Positions 39,501 to 53,400 of a DNA stretch of 64,000 nt are shown in pieces; position 1 is the first letter of the stretch, and each line of letters opens with the position of its first letter. The notes under the pieces are model-generated. The model made no database searches. It was not told where the DNA came from and worked only from the letters and a program-made list of their open reading frames with translations. The translations under genes and the position numbers were made by a program. Source of the DNA: Klebsormidium nitens (lineage: Eukaryota > Plantae > Klebsormidiophyceae); the NCBI GenBank assembly GCA_000708835.1, contig DF237211.1, forward strand, positions 1 through 64,000, in the 5' to 3' direction.

Positions 39501-42500
39501 CCCTCATCAAGCATCTTAGGGGATTGTATCACCAACCTTTCGAGGGATCTGACGGTGCTAGCGAAGCACCACTCTCCGGGCCGTAGCGCTTTTTAGGACG
39601 GGCGAACGGCGGGGCCGACTGTGGACGTCTTGGGAGGGAGTGGCTGTCTTCTCTTCTCCTTTTCTTGCGACTGGAAGCAGCCGTCCAAGCGCGGTCTTCG
39701 ACTGTCTTCCGGCGTCCGGTCCCTGCTTGCTTTAAGAAGTGCGGATCTAGCAGCTCCTGGCCGTGCATCGCTGCACCTTGCGCGCTTCTAAGACGCGGTG
39801 CTTTTCCTAGCTTGCTCTGGTCAGCTTTCCTGCCTCTGTGTTCAGTGCCTGACGAAGCATCGTGTTGGCTCCTCGCAGCGATGCTGTACCCTTGCACTGG
39901 TTCAAACAGGTCCCATTGCGGATCCAAATGCGCGTCAAAAGAAGGAGTTGATCCGCGCATCCTATCTTCGATATCGACATCTCGAAAGGGGCTTTTTGCT
40001 GGATGCACAGCTGGCCTGAAATGGTTATACTCCTGAGCGTAGTCCAATTCTGAAAAGCTGGGCGACGAAGGAGTAACAGGCGTTGGACTTCGGTTGGCGA
40101 CTCCCTGCTCCAGTCCAGACCTAGGCCTCCTAGAGTCGAAAGAGTCAAACCATTGCACTTGGAAGGGTTTTGAGACCTGGCTGGGTGACTCCCAGTCCAC
40201 TTCCATAGCATGCTCACGGTCAAGGTCATCCTCCTCAAAAGCGAGCCCCGCCAACTGATCTTCCCTTCTTGGTCCTTCAATAGTTACGTCCATCTTGACG
40301 AAGCCAAGTAGAGGTTCGGGATTGCAGGGCAAAATCTGCGGCTCGTGGCAGATGGTGTCAAAAGGGTCCGGATCCAATGGACTCCGTTCGAAATCTGAAA
40401 GCAATCTGGGCCGCAATCGCTCGTCGTTCTGTGTGGTCGCCTGCTTCGACTCCTTGAACCAGCTGGTCAGAGGATCTTCCTCCATGTCCAACTCATCGAT
40501 GGCTTTCACCCCGTCGAGAGGGCAAGGCTGGCTCGGGCAACTCAGTCTGGTTCCAGAATGTCCTGTACAGCCAAGACCAAATGAGTAACAATTAAACGGC
40601 GGGGTATCCAGGAACACGAAAAGCAACTTGAAAGCGAATTCCGCGAAAGCGCGTTCATTTGTAACAATATTGCTGTTCCTAAAATAACGGTCAAGCTGGT
40701 CATACTCACGGCTCTTGAGTTAGACTCACCAGCCAAACCAGAGCACAGTGGGCCCCAAACTTCATCCAAAGCGTGCTGCAGACATGAAATGACGGTGCTC
40801 CAATCCTGCAGGTCCGATATAAGGTGTTCGTCAAGAAAAGTGCTACTAACAGGAAAGCAACGGTCCTGATTATTCCTGCATCCTGTCAAGAAAAGCAGGC
40901 AGCAGAGACCTGAACCAAGAGTCGCGTCTAGCTGTGGCCCTGGCTCTTACTTTGAACTCAACGTACGACTTCGTCGGCTCGAACGTGATGTCGTACTCCG
41001 AACAGGGGCAGTCGAGGTTGAGAATGAAAGTTGGCCTCATCCCAGAATAGCTGGCAGCTACGGCCAGAGTGTCCGCAAATCGCACGTTGAGGGCTCGATG
41101 AAGCGGAGTGTTGCTTACGTATCGCCGATTGATATCTGATAGCAGAGTCAAGCGATCGAACTCTGACATTGAGGGAAATGATCTTCCAAGCGAGGTCGAC
41201 TTGAGCAACAGGGCTGAATGCAGTATTACACACCTGTCTACGACTGGCTAGAAACTTGATTGAAAAGCTCTAGCGGCGGGTCGAAGACTACGAGAATCCT
41301 TCGCGAAAGGATACACAGGTATTGAAGACCCTGCAGTAAAGACGGGTCGACAGAATTAAGATAGGTTTTCAATCCGGAGACCGTGTCCTACTAGCGGCTG
41401 CTCAAATATTGAGAAGCAAAGGAGGGCAATGATGTGGACACGATGACAACACTTGCTAAGATTTCCCCAGAGAGGCAACCAATTCCACATCAGTTCCGCA
41501 GAAGTAAGGAACCAGGGGTTTCACCTTAACAGTCTGGCCTGAGTCCTTCTTAGTGATGCATCCCCAAAGAACAACTCGGTCGGCAACGTGATGCACTGGC
41601 TGCAAGCCACTTGCCGCTTCAAAGCCAAACAAGCATTCTACGAGCTCAGTAGGACTTCGCACCCGAGGTGTGGACAGTAGCCGTTGTTGACTGCATGAGG
41701 TACCGGCAGAGCTTTCGTCAAATAGATGCCAGTTCGTGTGGAAGTGTTGCTCTCTCGTCAGAGCAATGCAATGCAAATCTTCTCAAAGACTCAGGTCAGT
41801 GGGACGAATTGAAGACAATTGATCTGAGTCGACGAAAGATTGAGCCTTCTGCCAATGTCCCCGGACCGAAGCTTTCAACGTCGTTTAGGCTCACCTAACA
41901 GTATTGATGATCTCGAAAACGACCTCTGTGTGTACGAAGGCCAGGCGTAGGACTCTTTCTCTCAGATCCTCTAGCTCTTTCGACGACCTGCATCCGAACA
42001 GAATTGAAAGTATTTCGAAACTCCACCAAGGGAAACACTTGAATGCTCCACAGGTCAAAATGCTCCAGTGAATGGCATCCAAGAGGCCGTTATGCCGAAG
42101 GAGTGCCAATCTATCGAAACTCTCAAGGGCCGTAGGGCTCCTTAGGATTCTAGTGAATGTGACTCAGAGCTTCGTTTTCTGAAATCTAGTTCCACAATAG
42201 CTTACCGAGACAGCAGTTGCTTTCTCTTCACAGGCTGGTTGAAGAACAGATCCTGAACGTCAACTGCAAGAAATGAACGAGTTCTGTGAAAAGTTTCAAG
42301 CATGTAAGGGTGATCTATAAAAGCGTGCGAAAACAAGGAGAGAACCTCTCGAAAGCACTGAGAATCAAGGTGACTGGTTGCATCGACTTGGTATCGCATC
42401 ACTTTGCCCAAGACAGGGGCCGAGAACAGATTCAGCCTTTAGATGGTGCCTACATGCATAGTGTCACTTAGCTGGACTGCCCTGTTGACATACCCAATCG

Positions 42501-43657
42501 AGGCTGCACCACATGCGTTTGCGTATGCAGCAAAACAGGTTGTTCTACGACCTGAACACTGTTCGTACCTGCTGTTCCAATACCTATTGGTTTAGTGGCT
42601 TCTCCACTAGGAGAGCTCAACTCGAGCGAGAGACATTTGCCGCCCTGCAACTAGAAGAGAAGCTCTGATGAACTGATCTCCTTGAGTACATATGGATTCC
42701 TGCATGAGGATGTGCAACGAGCTCAAGTCCTAGAAAACTGGCCAAAGGTAATGCCAAAGGCAGATTGTCGAGTGAATTATTTTGACATCATGCGACGTCT
42801 TACCTTGATAACTTTACGGAAGGCTTGTGCACCTCTTGTCTTTGTCACGATCGTTAGTGACGCGCACTGGGCAATGGAGCTGAGGGCTTCGCCTCGAAAG
42901 CCCAGCGTAAGAGGACTGCTCTCTGGACCAGCTAAGTCTTTGAGCTTTGAGGTGGCTGCAGAAGAAGAAGACTGCTCTTTGGTCTTATTCTGAGGCCTCC
43001 AAGCATCAAACCAACCTCAGCAAAATACTCGCAGCCCCTGCCAATCTGCCAGCCAGGACCTGTTTCCTCATTCAAACAGCCTGCTAGTAATCAATCACTT
43101 ACCATGGCCAACACCTAGCACTGACAAGTCGTCTCTGCTTATGCCATGTCCATCGTCGAGCACTTGTATGCGAAAGGTGGTTGGATCGAAGAAGACCTGA
43201 ATCTGAAGGATATAGCAGGAGCAAGAAAGGCCTTGATCATGTTTGTGAGCCAAAAGAGTGCATCAAACACCGTCATTGTACAACGAGGACCTGGCCTCAG
43301 GAATGCTGCTGGAGAGAGGCTTTATTTACCAGTGGGCAAAGCAGTCCCCTAGCTCTTGATCAAAAGCAGCCAGTCAATGTGCATCGTGGTACCTCAAATT
43401 CTAAAGTGGCAAGGGTAAAATGCAAGGCATCTTTGCAAAGACTTCAAGTCGCGTTGATTTGAATGTTTGCAAAGCTGGCCTTTCACTTGAAGGACATTAT
43501 ATATTTCTGGGATGGTGGCAAGTGTGTTTACCTTCTGTGCTCCAGCATCGATGGAATTGCACACAAGCTCCTCAACGAGCTGTCCTAGGTTCGTGACAAC
43601 AATCGACGAACGAAGCTGATTATGCACTTCCTGCGGCAGCTTGAAGAGTGCACTCAT
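36513..43657 (-). CDS. MLH3: MutL homolog 3 (MutL-gamma endonuclease subunit)
   Basis: GHKL ATPase motifs EELVCNSIDAGA, DDGHGI, GFRGEAL and DLFFNQPV. The plant MLH3-type SAPPF motif lies in the long middle exon. Spliced DQ|HAADERVRLE (DQHA-x2-E-x4-E), ACR|GAIMFGD and CAHGRPT motifs are present. Confidence 0.92.
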
Positions 43658-44475
43658 CTTTGCCAGGGTTCAAGCTGGATACTTCCTGCCAGCAACCGAC
43701 AGGGAGGGTCTCTTAGCATGGCTTGAGAACAGCAAAGAGAAGGCCTTTTCAAAGTTCTACCTTGCAATGCTGCTCTGACAGAGCTGCAGAAGCAACGCTG
43801 CCGCCCCGTGGCCGCCTCAGTCTGAGGCTCAGATGCCAAAAGTCTTGGCCAGAAAGACAAATTGACAAAGGCTAGAAGAACGACGCGCGCACACATCAGC
43901 ATGTGCGCGGACATGCTGGCCTCACCAGCGCCAACTCTTCAATATTTCCGACGGCCAGCGTAACCCTAGAAATCTGCAAACGGAGGATCGCCTATCAAAG
44001 CATGTAATTGTACTTGTAAGTTGTAGTGGCTCCCTGAAAGCTATCACCACATGGAACAGGAGCTCATAGGTTTTGTGGTGGCGATGGAAGGGGGCTCTGG
44101 CAGAATTATGGGGCGAGTGATACCCTAATAGGTAATTTTTGGTCGATACTTAGCGTAGCTGCGTCTTGCCCTTAAAAGTTCAAGCAGACGGCATCGTGAC
44201 ACATCATACACAGTAAAGCATAGAATGAGATCCTTTGAACTGCAGGTGAATGACTATCGGAGAGCCGCCCTCAAATTGAGGTCATTCGATCAAGAAGAGT
44301 CTGCTCCCACGATCAGAAACGACTCCCAAGCAAACCGTGGGCGTCAATTGTGTGTCGCGACAGAGAGATTTCCGTTGCTGAAAAGTGCGCAGAGCTTTTT
44401 TGCTCTTGTGATGGCTTGTGGGAGCAGCTTGCACTCCATCCCTTCTTAGATCTGTTTTTGGGCTCAAAAGGCAGC

Positions 44476-47400
44476 ATGGCAGCTTGGTTGGAGGCGTGGC
44501 TCAGCAGAATTGAAAATTCCAGAGAAGTCGACCAGAAAAGGGCTGGCTATGCGGAGAACCTGTGGAGATTGTTTGAAGGAGAAGTGCAGGTATGTTTCAG
44601 ACAACCTTTGCATGTTCCAATCCATAGTGTGCTGGCAGATAATGCCCATGGTACATTTCTTCGCTTTCGATTACTCTGTACAAACCGATGGTATAAAGCG
44701 GGGACTGGAGCGACGGATGTATTTGAGCTCCAGGGTCTTAGCGACCACTAAGCAAACAGTCTGGCCGCTTCCCCTGGAGATGCTTATGTTTCCACATGAT
44801 CACAGGCCTGTTTGAGCGCCCTTGCTACCTTCGGACAGGTTTTTCTATAATCTCTTCTCCCCGACTTTTTTGCAGCCTGAAACATGGGTGCAGCTTCAGA
44901 AGTTGCGAGCTTCCCAAAGGATGGCTCGGGTGCTGGACATCCGGTCCAGCCCTCCCCTTGTCAGGTATGTCCACCCACAGCCCCGTACTGTTCTAGTGTT
45001 GTTTGAGAGCAACACGCAAGTGGTCGCACATGAAGAAGAACAGAAGGATTGCCTTACAAAGTGCTGCCGAGCCAAAGAGGGAGCGTCTTGCAATCCCCTC
45101 CTACGCTTTGCAGACCTTGCCTCCAGCTGCTTTTGTAGCCGTCCACTGAGGGTTTCAACTGCCTGCAGGCGATTCGTCGTCATGGCCCTGTTGTCCATGG
45201 TCCAAGCGGACGCGGCCAGCTCCCAGTCTGGCGGCCACCGTCTGCGCAATGTCGAGCTGGTGTCCATGCTGACAGCAGAATTCATGAGAAGCGTTGCAGA
45301 CGAGTCGAGCACGGTGTGGACCATCCTGGCCGAGATACTGGCCTTGCTCTTAGATCCGCAAGTAGAGAAGCAATCAGGGGGTCAGAGGGTCAAACCCACC
45401 ACGCTACTCAGAGGTAAGGCTGCGCTCAGCATCAGCGTGCTATATGGTGCCAGGGAGGAGTCAATCTCTCAATTCCAGTCTCTAGAACCCAAAATTCCCT
45501 GAAAGATCCTCAAGATGATACTGCAAACATGCTGTTTTCTCCATGGTGCTAATAGTGGTCTGCCCCGTTTTGGAGCAGGCACCAACCTGGAGGAGTTCGC
45601 AAAGGCCATTCGACAGGGGCTGCTTCACCAACCTTCGGAGGTCGGTACCCGCAGAACCTTTTCCTACCTTTGGATTGCGTTAGGAGATCCAGAATCGTTT
45701 GGAAGTCATGTTGCAGGCGCACAGCAAGAAGCATTATGGTATTCTGCTCGATAATAAGACTTGAGTGCTCGAGCAAGTACAACGGCACCTGCTAAGCAGT
45801 CCTCAAGTCCTCACCTGCCCTCACCTGAATTTGCATGTCAAGCAGCCATCAATGTTTGTAAACGCAAAGAAAATCACCAACTTAACGTTGCCTAACTCTG
45901 CTGACTCATGCAGGTGGTACAAGCATGCCTGCTGTTACTCGTCAAGGCCTTCCATGACGCAGCCTTCTGCAGCGCTTTCATGCAGGTCGGAGGGGTGCAC
46001 GCTCTGCTGTTGTGGTAAGGGCCTGGGACCCTATTTTGCATTTGGTCATATTGATCTTCTTCGAGGTCAAAACCGCCAGGTTATTCGGCTGCTTTGTGTA
46101 CCCTATTCTTTGACTTGTCGTCCACAAGACAGATGAAAGTCACGAGGATCTCCCAGGCAGACTCTGCTTCGCTTTACAACCGACTGACAATCTTTTCTCA
46201 TTTGTACGCAGCACCAAGAAGAGCCCGTCTGTCTCGATGACCGCGCTACGCGCCTTGCGCAACCTAGTAGAGCGTGCACCGCACACCTTGCACGTAGGCA
46301 AAGTGATACTCCGGGACTTCGCTACCTTCCTTACGCTGCTCAAGCTGATGCAGCGCAACAGTGAGAGCGTGCTGAGCCTGGTAAGCTGGGACCTACCTGC
46401 TTGGATGGTGGATTTTTGAGAAGACATCTTCAAGGTTCTACGGGAACGATATGCTAGCGCAACAAAGGCATTCTTCGTGTGCCCTGCATTTCGGCTGTAC
46501 ACCCCAACCCCTTGTACGTGTAACCATGTTCCTCTGCCCAATCACACTTCTTGGCGTGAAAATATTCAGAGAGAGCACGGCCAACGACACATCATAGTTG
46601 AGTCCAGATCAGACCTTACAAAAACACCCTCACTTAGGGCTACGAAAGCTCCTATCAAGTTGCTCCGACAGGTAACCATCACCTTGCATACATACCGAGT
46701 ACGGTCTTCGGCTCGGCTGGTACCAGGATTCCACTTCCCTTCTTCTTCTGATTGCTTTCCCTTCCGACCTCTTCTTTGCAGGACCTAGCTTACATCGAGG
46801 AAGAGCGCAAGGTGGAGATTGCTCTCTTCTTCGGCAGCATGTGCGCGGGCAGCATGCAGTGCCGGAACCTCCTCCGAAAGGAGCTGTCCCGCTTCCCTAC
46901 CTGGGCCGTCCTGGCCAGGAGCAGCATCCTCTCCGCCCTGGCGCAAGCAGAGCCTGCCGCCCTATGTCAGGTGAACAGCGCCCTTTTGCATCTGAGACCG
47001 TTACGATTGTTCATGAGTCGGAATGGTGCCTCCCTGATCACGTGGTACTTCAAGATAGATCATTTCAAACACTTGAGTATACCCCGTTTCTTCAAGTTTC
47101 CAATCCTTTGGGTTTCCTTGTTCTGATCTCTCGGGTTATGCGTTCATTGTTTTTGATTTATTCAATCTTTTGGCGTTTACTTTTTGATGGCCGTGTGACT
47201 TTCACACACACTGTCCATTTCATGCCGGTACGGACTTCCTTGCCGAAACGTGCCTGACTCCCGTTTCGGACATTGGGAGAATGAATGCTCGGTATAAGTT
47301 TGGGAGATCAATGCTAGCCGCAGCATGAACGCTCATTTCTCGCTCCCCCAACCCAGGTCGTCATTCCCGGGTCCTCGCTCCCCGTTGTGGCCGCGCCCCA

Positions 47401-50400
47401 GCCCGCCTCCTACTCCCCGGCCTCCTCCGGAGCGCCCCCCTCCCCTCGTGGCGACCACTCTAGTTACGTCAGCAATAATAGCGGGGGCAATAGCCCTCGG
47501 GGGGCCTCTCCCGGGCAACGCTTCGGCTTCGGGGCCGCCGAGACTCTTGCCGCGAAACGATCCCCCGGGTTCGCCGACCGCTTCTCCCTCTCTCTCGCCA
47601 CCCAACCCGGTGGCGGCGCCCCCCCTGGGGCGCTCCCCGACGACCCGAACCTCCCCGCTCTCGAAACCGCGATCGTCTCAGAGGAGTTGCGCTCGCGAGC
47701 GCGCGCTATATACGAGGCGCTCAAGGCCGCCGTCGAGGTGGCGTTCGACATCTACCCGACGGACGAAAGCGGGGGCGCCGTCCGACTCGAGCGGCCGCCG
47801 GACGGCGTGCTGTCGCGGACGGTGTCCGAGGCCGTGTCCGAGGCACCGGTGTTGGAGAGCCGCGCGCCCCGCAAGAAGTTTTTGACACACCGCGCGCCGG
47901 CCATCACGCAGTCCCCGCTGCTGCGCATGTCGCCCGGGGTGCGGCAGGCGCTGCTCGCTATGGCCGCGGACTCGGGACTACAGGTACGTTCCGCTCGCAG
48001 CACTTATCTCTAATCGAATTAGGGCTGGGGCTTTGGTGTTTGGGAGATGACGTAAGTCTGTGCGGATAGTCCCTGGTAACAATGCAGTCCTTTCTTATCT
48101 CTGGACAACCGACGTCGAGATTTGGAGGCCTGTGGCTCCAAGGAGGGCAGTGGGATTCACCTCTCGTGCTTGGATCTCAACAATCACGTAGAAGGCGGCA
48201 ACCGCACGATTAGCAAGCAACCGCACACTCTTGCTTCTTAGTCTCGGCTTCCAGTTTATGAGATGCGGCTCCCTTCGTGCTTGTGAAACCTTGCTGTCCG
48301 TAATATTATGGCTGCAGTGGCGTGCTTTTCCTCAAAAACAGAAGATCGCGACGCCCTTATTATTTCTCCATTCTTTTCTGAATCACTTCTTTTCAACACT
48401 TGCCGTCTACCACCCGCAGTCGTCCAGCGTCAGCCGCCCCGCGTCGTCCCTGGGCACCCACCTGGACGACTCAAGGTCGCGCCACGGGGGCGCGTTGAGC
48501 AGCGAGGCCAACTTCAGCACGCTCGAGTCGGAGTCGGTGCTCCAACCGCGGCTGGGGTCCACCATCTTGGTGCAGAAGCAGGAAGGGCGCCGGCGGGCCT
48601 CCACGGGCAGCAACTGCGAGCCGTCGTTCGTGCTGGGGTCTCCGCTTATACCTCTGGACGGTGAGATAACCTCCGTCACATGTTGAGTAAAGGAAAAGGA
48701 AAGGGATGGAAGTAGTCTAAGCTGCTTCAATACTTTGAAGACGCTGGCGGTGCTTCGCGGACACGTGAGTTCTGGCTGTTGGCTTGTCCTTCTGAAAGGC
48801 ACTGGCTATCACTGGCGGACCTCCCGTGCGAGGCACGGCACGACCAGGCTGTGTCAGTGGATGCACGTATGGAAGTCTTCCCAGCTTGCCTATATGTGAG
48901 TTTCGGACACACCCGTTTTAAAGATGTCTATAACAGGTTCCTCCTTCCAGAGATCCGTTTCAAACTAAGAGAGCTGGCAGTATCTACTGGGCGGCTGCCT
49001 TGTCGCCAAGCCCTCCGACTTTGACGTGAAGCCAAGTTGCTCAACATGCTGATGTGACAAAGTTGCTGACGTTCGCAGGGGAGCTGTTCCGGTTCGCGCT
49101 GCCGACGTCGCAGCTGGAGGAGGGCACGCTGGCGTCGCTGTGGCGGTGGAGCCAGCAATGTCTGCGCGACGTGCGCAAGCAGATGCTCATTATGCCCAAG
49201 AAGGACTACCCGCGCGCACGGCCCGCGCTGCAAGAAAAGAAGACGCGCATCCACACGGTGCGACAAGCGAACCTCGGAGGAGCGTACTAGAACAGGTTCC
49301 AAATGAATCGTAGCCCTAAAAGCGGACGACAGGCTTCAGATTTTCTGATCCAAATTTCGTTGATCAGTACGAAAGACAATGGTCTCGACAAACACTCTCA
49401 TTGCGTCAGATTTGCACATGGTTGATGAGCATCTTTGCGCACGGTTCATGTTGAGAAACCCGTCCTGCTCAGGGCCTGAGCTGGAATACTACGTCTTTTA
49501 AACATACAATAAATAGGCGCTTCGAGGCCTCTCAGCACCGGTTTTTACTAGCATTACTTTTGGATCGAGGCCCGGATCGGGAATGAAGACAAGCCTGCAG
49601 AAATGCAATCGCTCGAGTTCTACATTCCAATCAAGATCTGCCGAGCTCCCTTCACGTGTGTGCAGATTGACATCAGTCAAATTGCTGTCCACTTTTCCGA
49701 TTTGAGAAGGACTGTCCAGGTTGTTAGTGGTTTCCTTGACACAATTTCATTGGCAAGTCAGCACCCAGGATGTGAGGCCTGCGCAAATGAACGGGATAAA
49801 AAATCCGTATCCTCCAGACGAATTGCGGCTCTCCTCTCCTTATACTCTGCGCTGTTGCCCTTTCCAGGTGGAGTGCGCCCTGTTCCGGCTGCTGACCCTT
49901 GAGCGCATGCTGGGCACCAAATTGGTCTGGTCCAAGCTGGAGGAGGCGGCCGCGGGTGGGGGGATGATTACGGAGGAAAACATCGCGCGCTACACCGCGC
50001 TCGTCAGCGGCAGCTTCAAGGAGGTCTCCAGCGCGCGCCTCGCGGAGCTGCCCGTCTTTGCGGTGCAGGTGAGCCCCCCGAGAGAAAACCATCCTCTTCT
50101 AAAATCTGAGCATTACCACTTCCTTCAAGAGCGAATTAAGTGATTTTCGGTTCCTGTAATGGCAAGGACTCTGTTTGGGGGGATTCAAGACTCTGTTTCG
50201 CTTACCCAGATTTCCCATCGGTTATCGTATCTGTCGACCTTTCTTATGCTTTCTGTCGACCACCCCACGACTTTGACATGTACAGAATTCAACTTTTTAT
50301 GAGTGAAGCTGGACGTTTCAGCCCCGATGTCAGCCGAAGGCTAAACCCCACGATCTCGAACCGTCCCCGCAGGCCTTCGTGCTTCAGGGCAAGGACGCCC

Positions 50401-53400
50401 CCACCCAGGCGCTCAGCCTGGCGCTCTCCCGGTGGGCCTCCTACACGCGCGCGCGCAAGAAGCGCGCGCTCCAGCGGTGGTCCGCCGCGGTGCACCGCGA
50501 GCGCACGGTGCTGCGCGCGGTGCTCCGCCGCCTGGTGCTCCTGCGGTGGCAGCGGCAGCGCGAACGGCACGCGTTCCGCATCATTGCGAACCGCCACAAG
50601 CAGTGGCTCGTGCACTCCAAGTGGGAATCCTGGCGTGGGGCGTACCTCTCGCGGTGAGCTTGGAACAAGGGTTAATTTGAATGAGATTTTGAGAGAAACT
50701 AGGTGCTTGTACAATCTGAAGAACAACCTTGAAAGTCAACCTCATCTATGCGGAGTTTGGTTTTCTGAATTGACGTTGTTGGTTTCACCCTTGGGAAGAT
50801 GATGTCGGACGCTGTTTCGACACGTTTCCCTAAGGATATTGTTGAGTCGGGGCTTCATCTCCTCACCTAAGCGCCAGTATACCGCCTCCCCTTATTCAAA
50901 AGGATTCACACGTCAAGCACGTTATCCAGTCCTCAAGGCAAGAACTTCTACCCGGCGGTATCCACCGCGCATATCCGCCGTCTTGCTGACGTCGCCAGCT
51001 CGCGCGCAGATGCCGCGGCGGCCGCAAGATCGGCATCCCGGAGCTGAAGGTGCTGTCGCGCGCGATGGGCGCGTGGCAGGCGCGCGTGCAGGAGTACCGG
51101 CGCAAGAAGGAGCGGCTGCAGCTCGCGCAGGAGTTCCGGAACAAGACGCTCCTCTGGCAGGCGCTCTCGCGCTGGCTATACTTTCAGGTAATGGCATATG
51201 TTAGGCCTTGGCACTTCCGTGCTGGCTCTACTTCCAGGTAAAGGTTTACTAGGCCTTGCCCCTTTCGCGCCGGTTCTGCCCTTAGGAAAGGCAAACGCGT
51301 GGGCCTCGGACGTCTGCGAGATGCTCTAGTGCCTGCAATGTGCCGTCATGTGTAGACGTAAGGCGGGGTTCTGCAAAGCTCTCAGAGTTGTGTTCGGTGT
51401 GAGAGCACTACTCGTGTCGCACCGAAAGACTGCTCTCGGGCGCTGGGGCGAGCCGGAGGGCGCTTAACCGCGAATCGATGGTCCACAGACGTTCTAAAAA
51501 GATGCAGACTCCTCCTTTCGACACGGAAGCTTGCGATATGAGGGTCATTGAGGGCAGATTTTCTGCCTTCACAGACTACGGATCGCTAAAGCATGCCACT
51601 TCGTACTGTCTACATTCCGGTCAATTCTTTGGCGACTTTTCGTCTGATCAGTTTTATCGTTTTCCGTTTAGGACTGGCGCGCGCACAAGGCCGAACTGCT
51701 CCGGACTGCGGATCTACGGCGCCCGCTGTGGCTGCTCAAGGCCGGTTTTCGGGGGCTGCACGAGAACGTCGCACTCTCGCGTGAAAAGAAGCGCGAGCGC
51801 GAGCGCGCAGTGGAAACTGCGCTCTCGCAGTGGGCAAAACAGGTGAGCGTCTTAGGAGTGAAGTCCTCTTTTGTGGAGCTTCAATGGAAGTAAATTTCTC
51901 GTGTTGTCTATGTTTTAGGGCAGCTATCCGACGTCGGGTGGCTGCGAATATGTCTTGGTTCGGGGCAAGGGGATTGTGAGAGGCAGAACTGCAGGTATAT
52001 ATCGATGAGAGAAATTTTCTACGAAGTTTCATAGCTGTCACCTAACCATCCGATTTGTCTGGGCCCGCGCTGGGTAAGATTCTGATCAGGCAAGCTTACG
52101 TGTCGCTACGTCTCTTGGCTACCGAAGAAGATTCCCCGCAACATCGATCGCTCTTTCTTTCTCGTGCAGGCGTCAAAGCACTGCTTTCGAAAGTGGGCAC
52201 TGCTTCCGGAGCACGCGCGGCAGAAACGAGAGACGATAAAGGCCGCCCACGAGGCCTTCTGCCGGCTCCTCAAGGCCCGAAGCCTCCGCTGGTGGAACAA
52301 GTACCGGTTGCAGCGGCGGGAGGGCGCGCGCATGAAAGAAGCGGCGTCGCGGTTCCGCGCGCGCGTGCTCTTCCGGCGCACGCGCCTCGCGGCCGCGGAG
52401 TATCAGGAGTACAAAAAGCTGTCCGCCGTCCGGAAGGCCGAACGGGACCACGTGGTGTCCGAGTTTCGGACGCTGACGGGGAAGCGGAAAGCGTTGCGAG
52501 GGTTCCGGTGGGCGGTCCGGGAACGGGCGTGGAAGGAGGGCGCAACAACTAGAGCGGCGAAGTGCGCTCGCGTGCACTGTTTGGTGCGCGTGCTGGCGCA
52601 GTGGGGGTACTTCGTGGGGCGGCAGCGGCTCGACCGGGAGCACTCGAAGCGGGCCGACGCGCACCGGCGGCGAGCGGCGCTCAGGACGGGGTTTAGGGTT
52701 TGGAGGCGCGCGCGCGCGCGGAGGGTTGCGGAGCAGGGGAAGCGGCGGGCTGCTGTAGAGATGGGGAGAAAGGGCGTGCTCCGGAGGATGCTGCGCGCGT
52801 GGCACGGGTGGCTGGCGGTGCGCGGGGACTCGGAGGTGTGGGACAAGCGGCGGGAGGAGCTGTGTCTCAGAGCCCTGTTCAGAGTGAGCTGCTGACGGCT
52901 ATCCCGCAGATTTTGTCGAGTTTTCATTGTGTTAGGGATGATAGACATCATACCTGGTGGGGTCAAGACGAATTGGTGTCATGCCCTTCTGGAAAGTCGG
53001 ACTCTTCTTAAGAGATCACTGAAGCACAGGAGACAGTACAGGAGACAGTAAGAGGTCCTCAACGAGACCCAAACCTGCTTTTCGCTGTCTTTTTCACAAC
53101 CCCAGTCTCTCAGATAACCCTCATGTGCACTGGTCTCGCGGATGTTAAGACCTGCAATCTCGTTACATGTAGGGTCCTTGATCAACCGCTGGCTCTCTTG
53201 TCTGCAGAGCTGGCACGCTTTGGTCGGCCGCCAAAACGCAATTCGCGAGGCCATCGCCGCGCGCGACACCCACCCGCTCGCCGACGTCATGCCCACGTGG
53301 CACGACGTGGCGCGCCGGCGGCGCCTCCAGCGGCGCTGCGTCCACCGGTGGCGAGCCGCGGCCGCTGCCGCGGCTTTCCAAACCTGGGCCGAGCGCATGG

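Noticed and set aside
36513-43657. Calling the MutL gene MLH1 or PMS1
   Set aside because: MLH1 lacks the DQHA motif. CAHGRPT, ACRGAIMFGD and SAPPF fit MLH3 better than PMS1/PMS2 (CPHGRP).
45719-45770. Apparent extra exon (tgcag|GCGCACAGC..) in the Sfi1-like gene
   Set aside because: It has an in-frame TGA, and the flanking exons join in phase without it.
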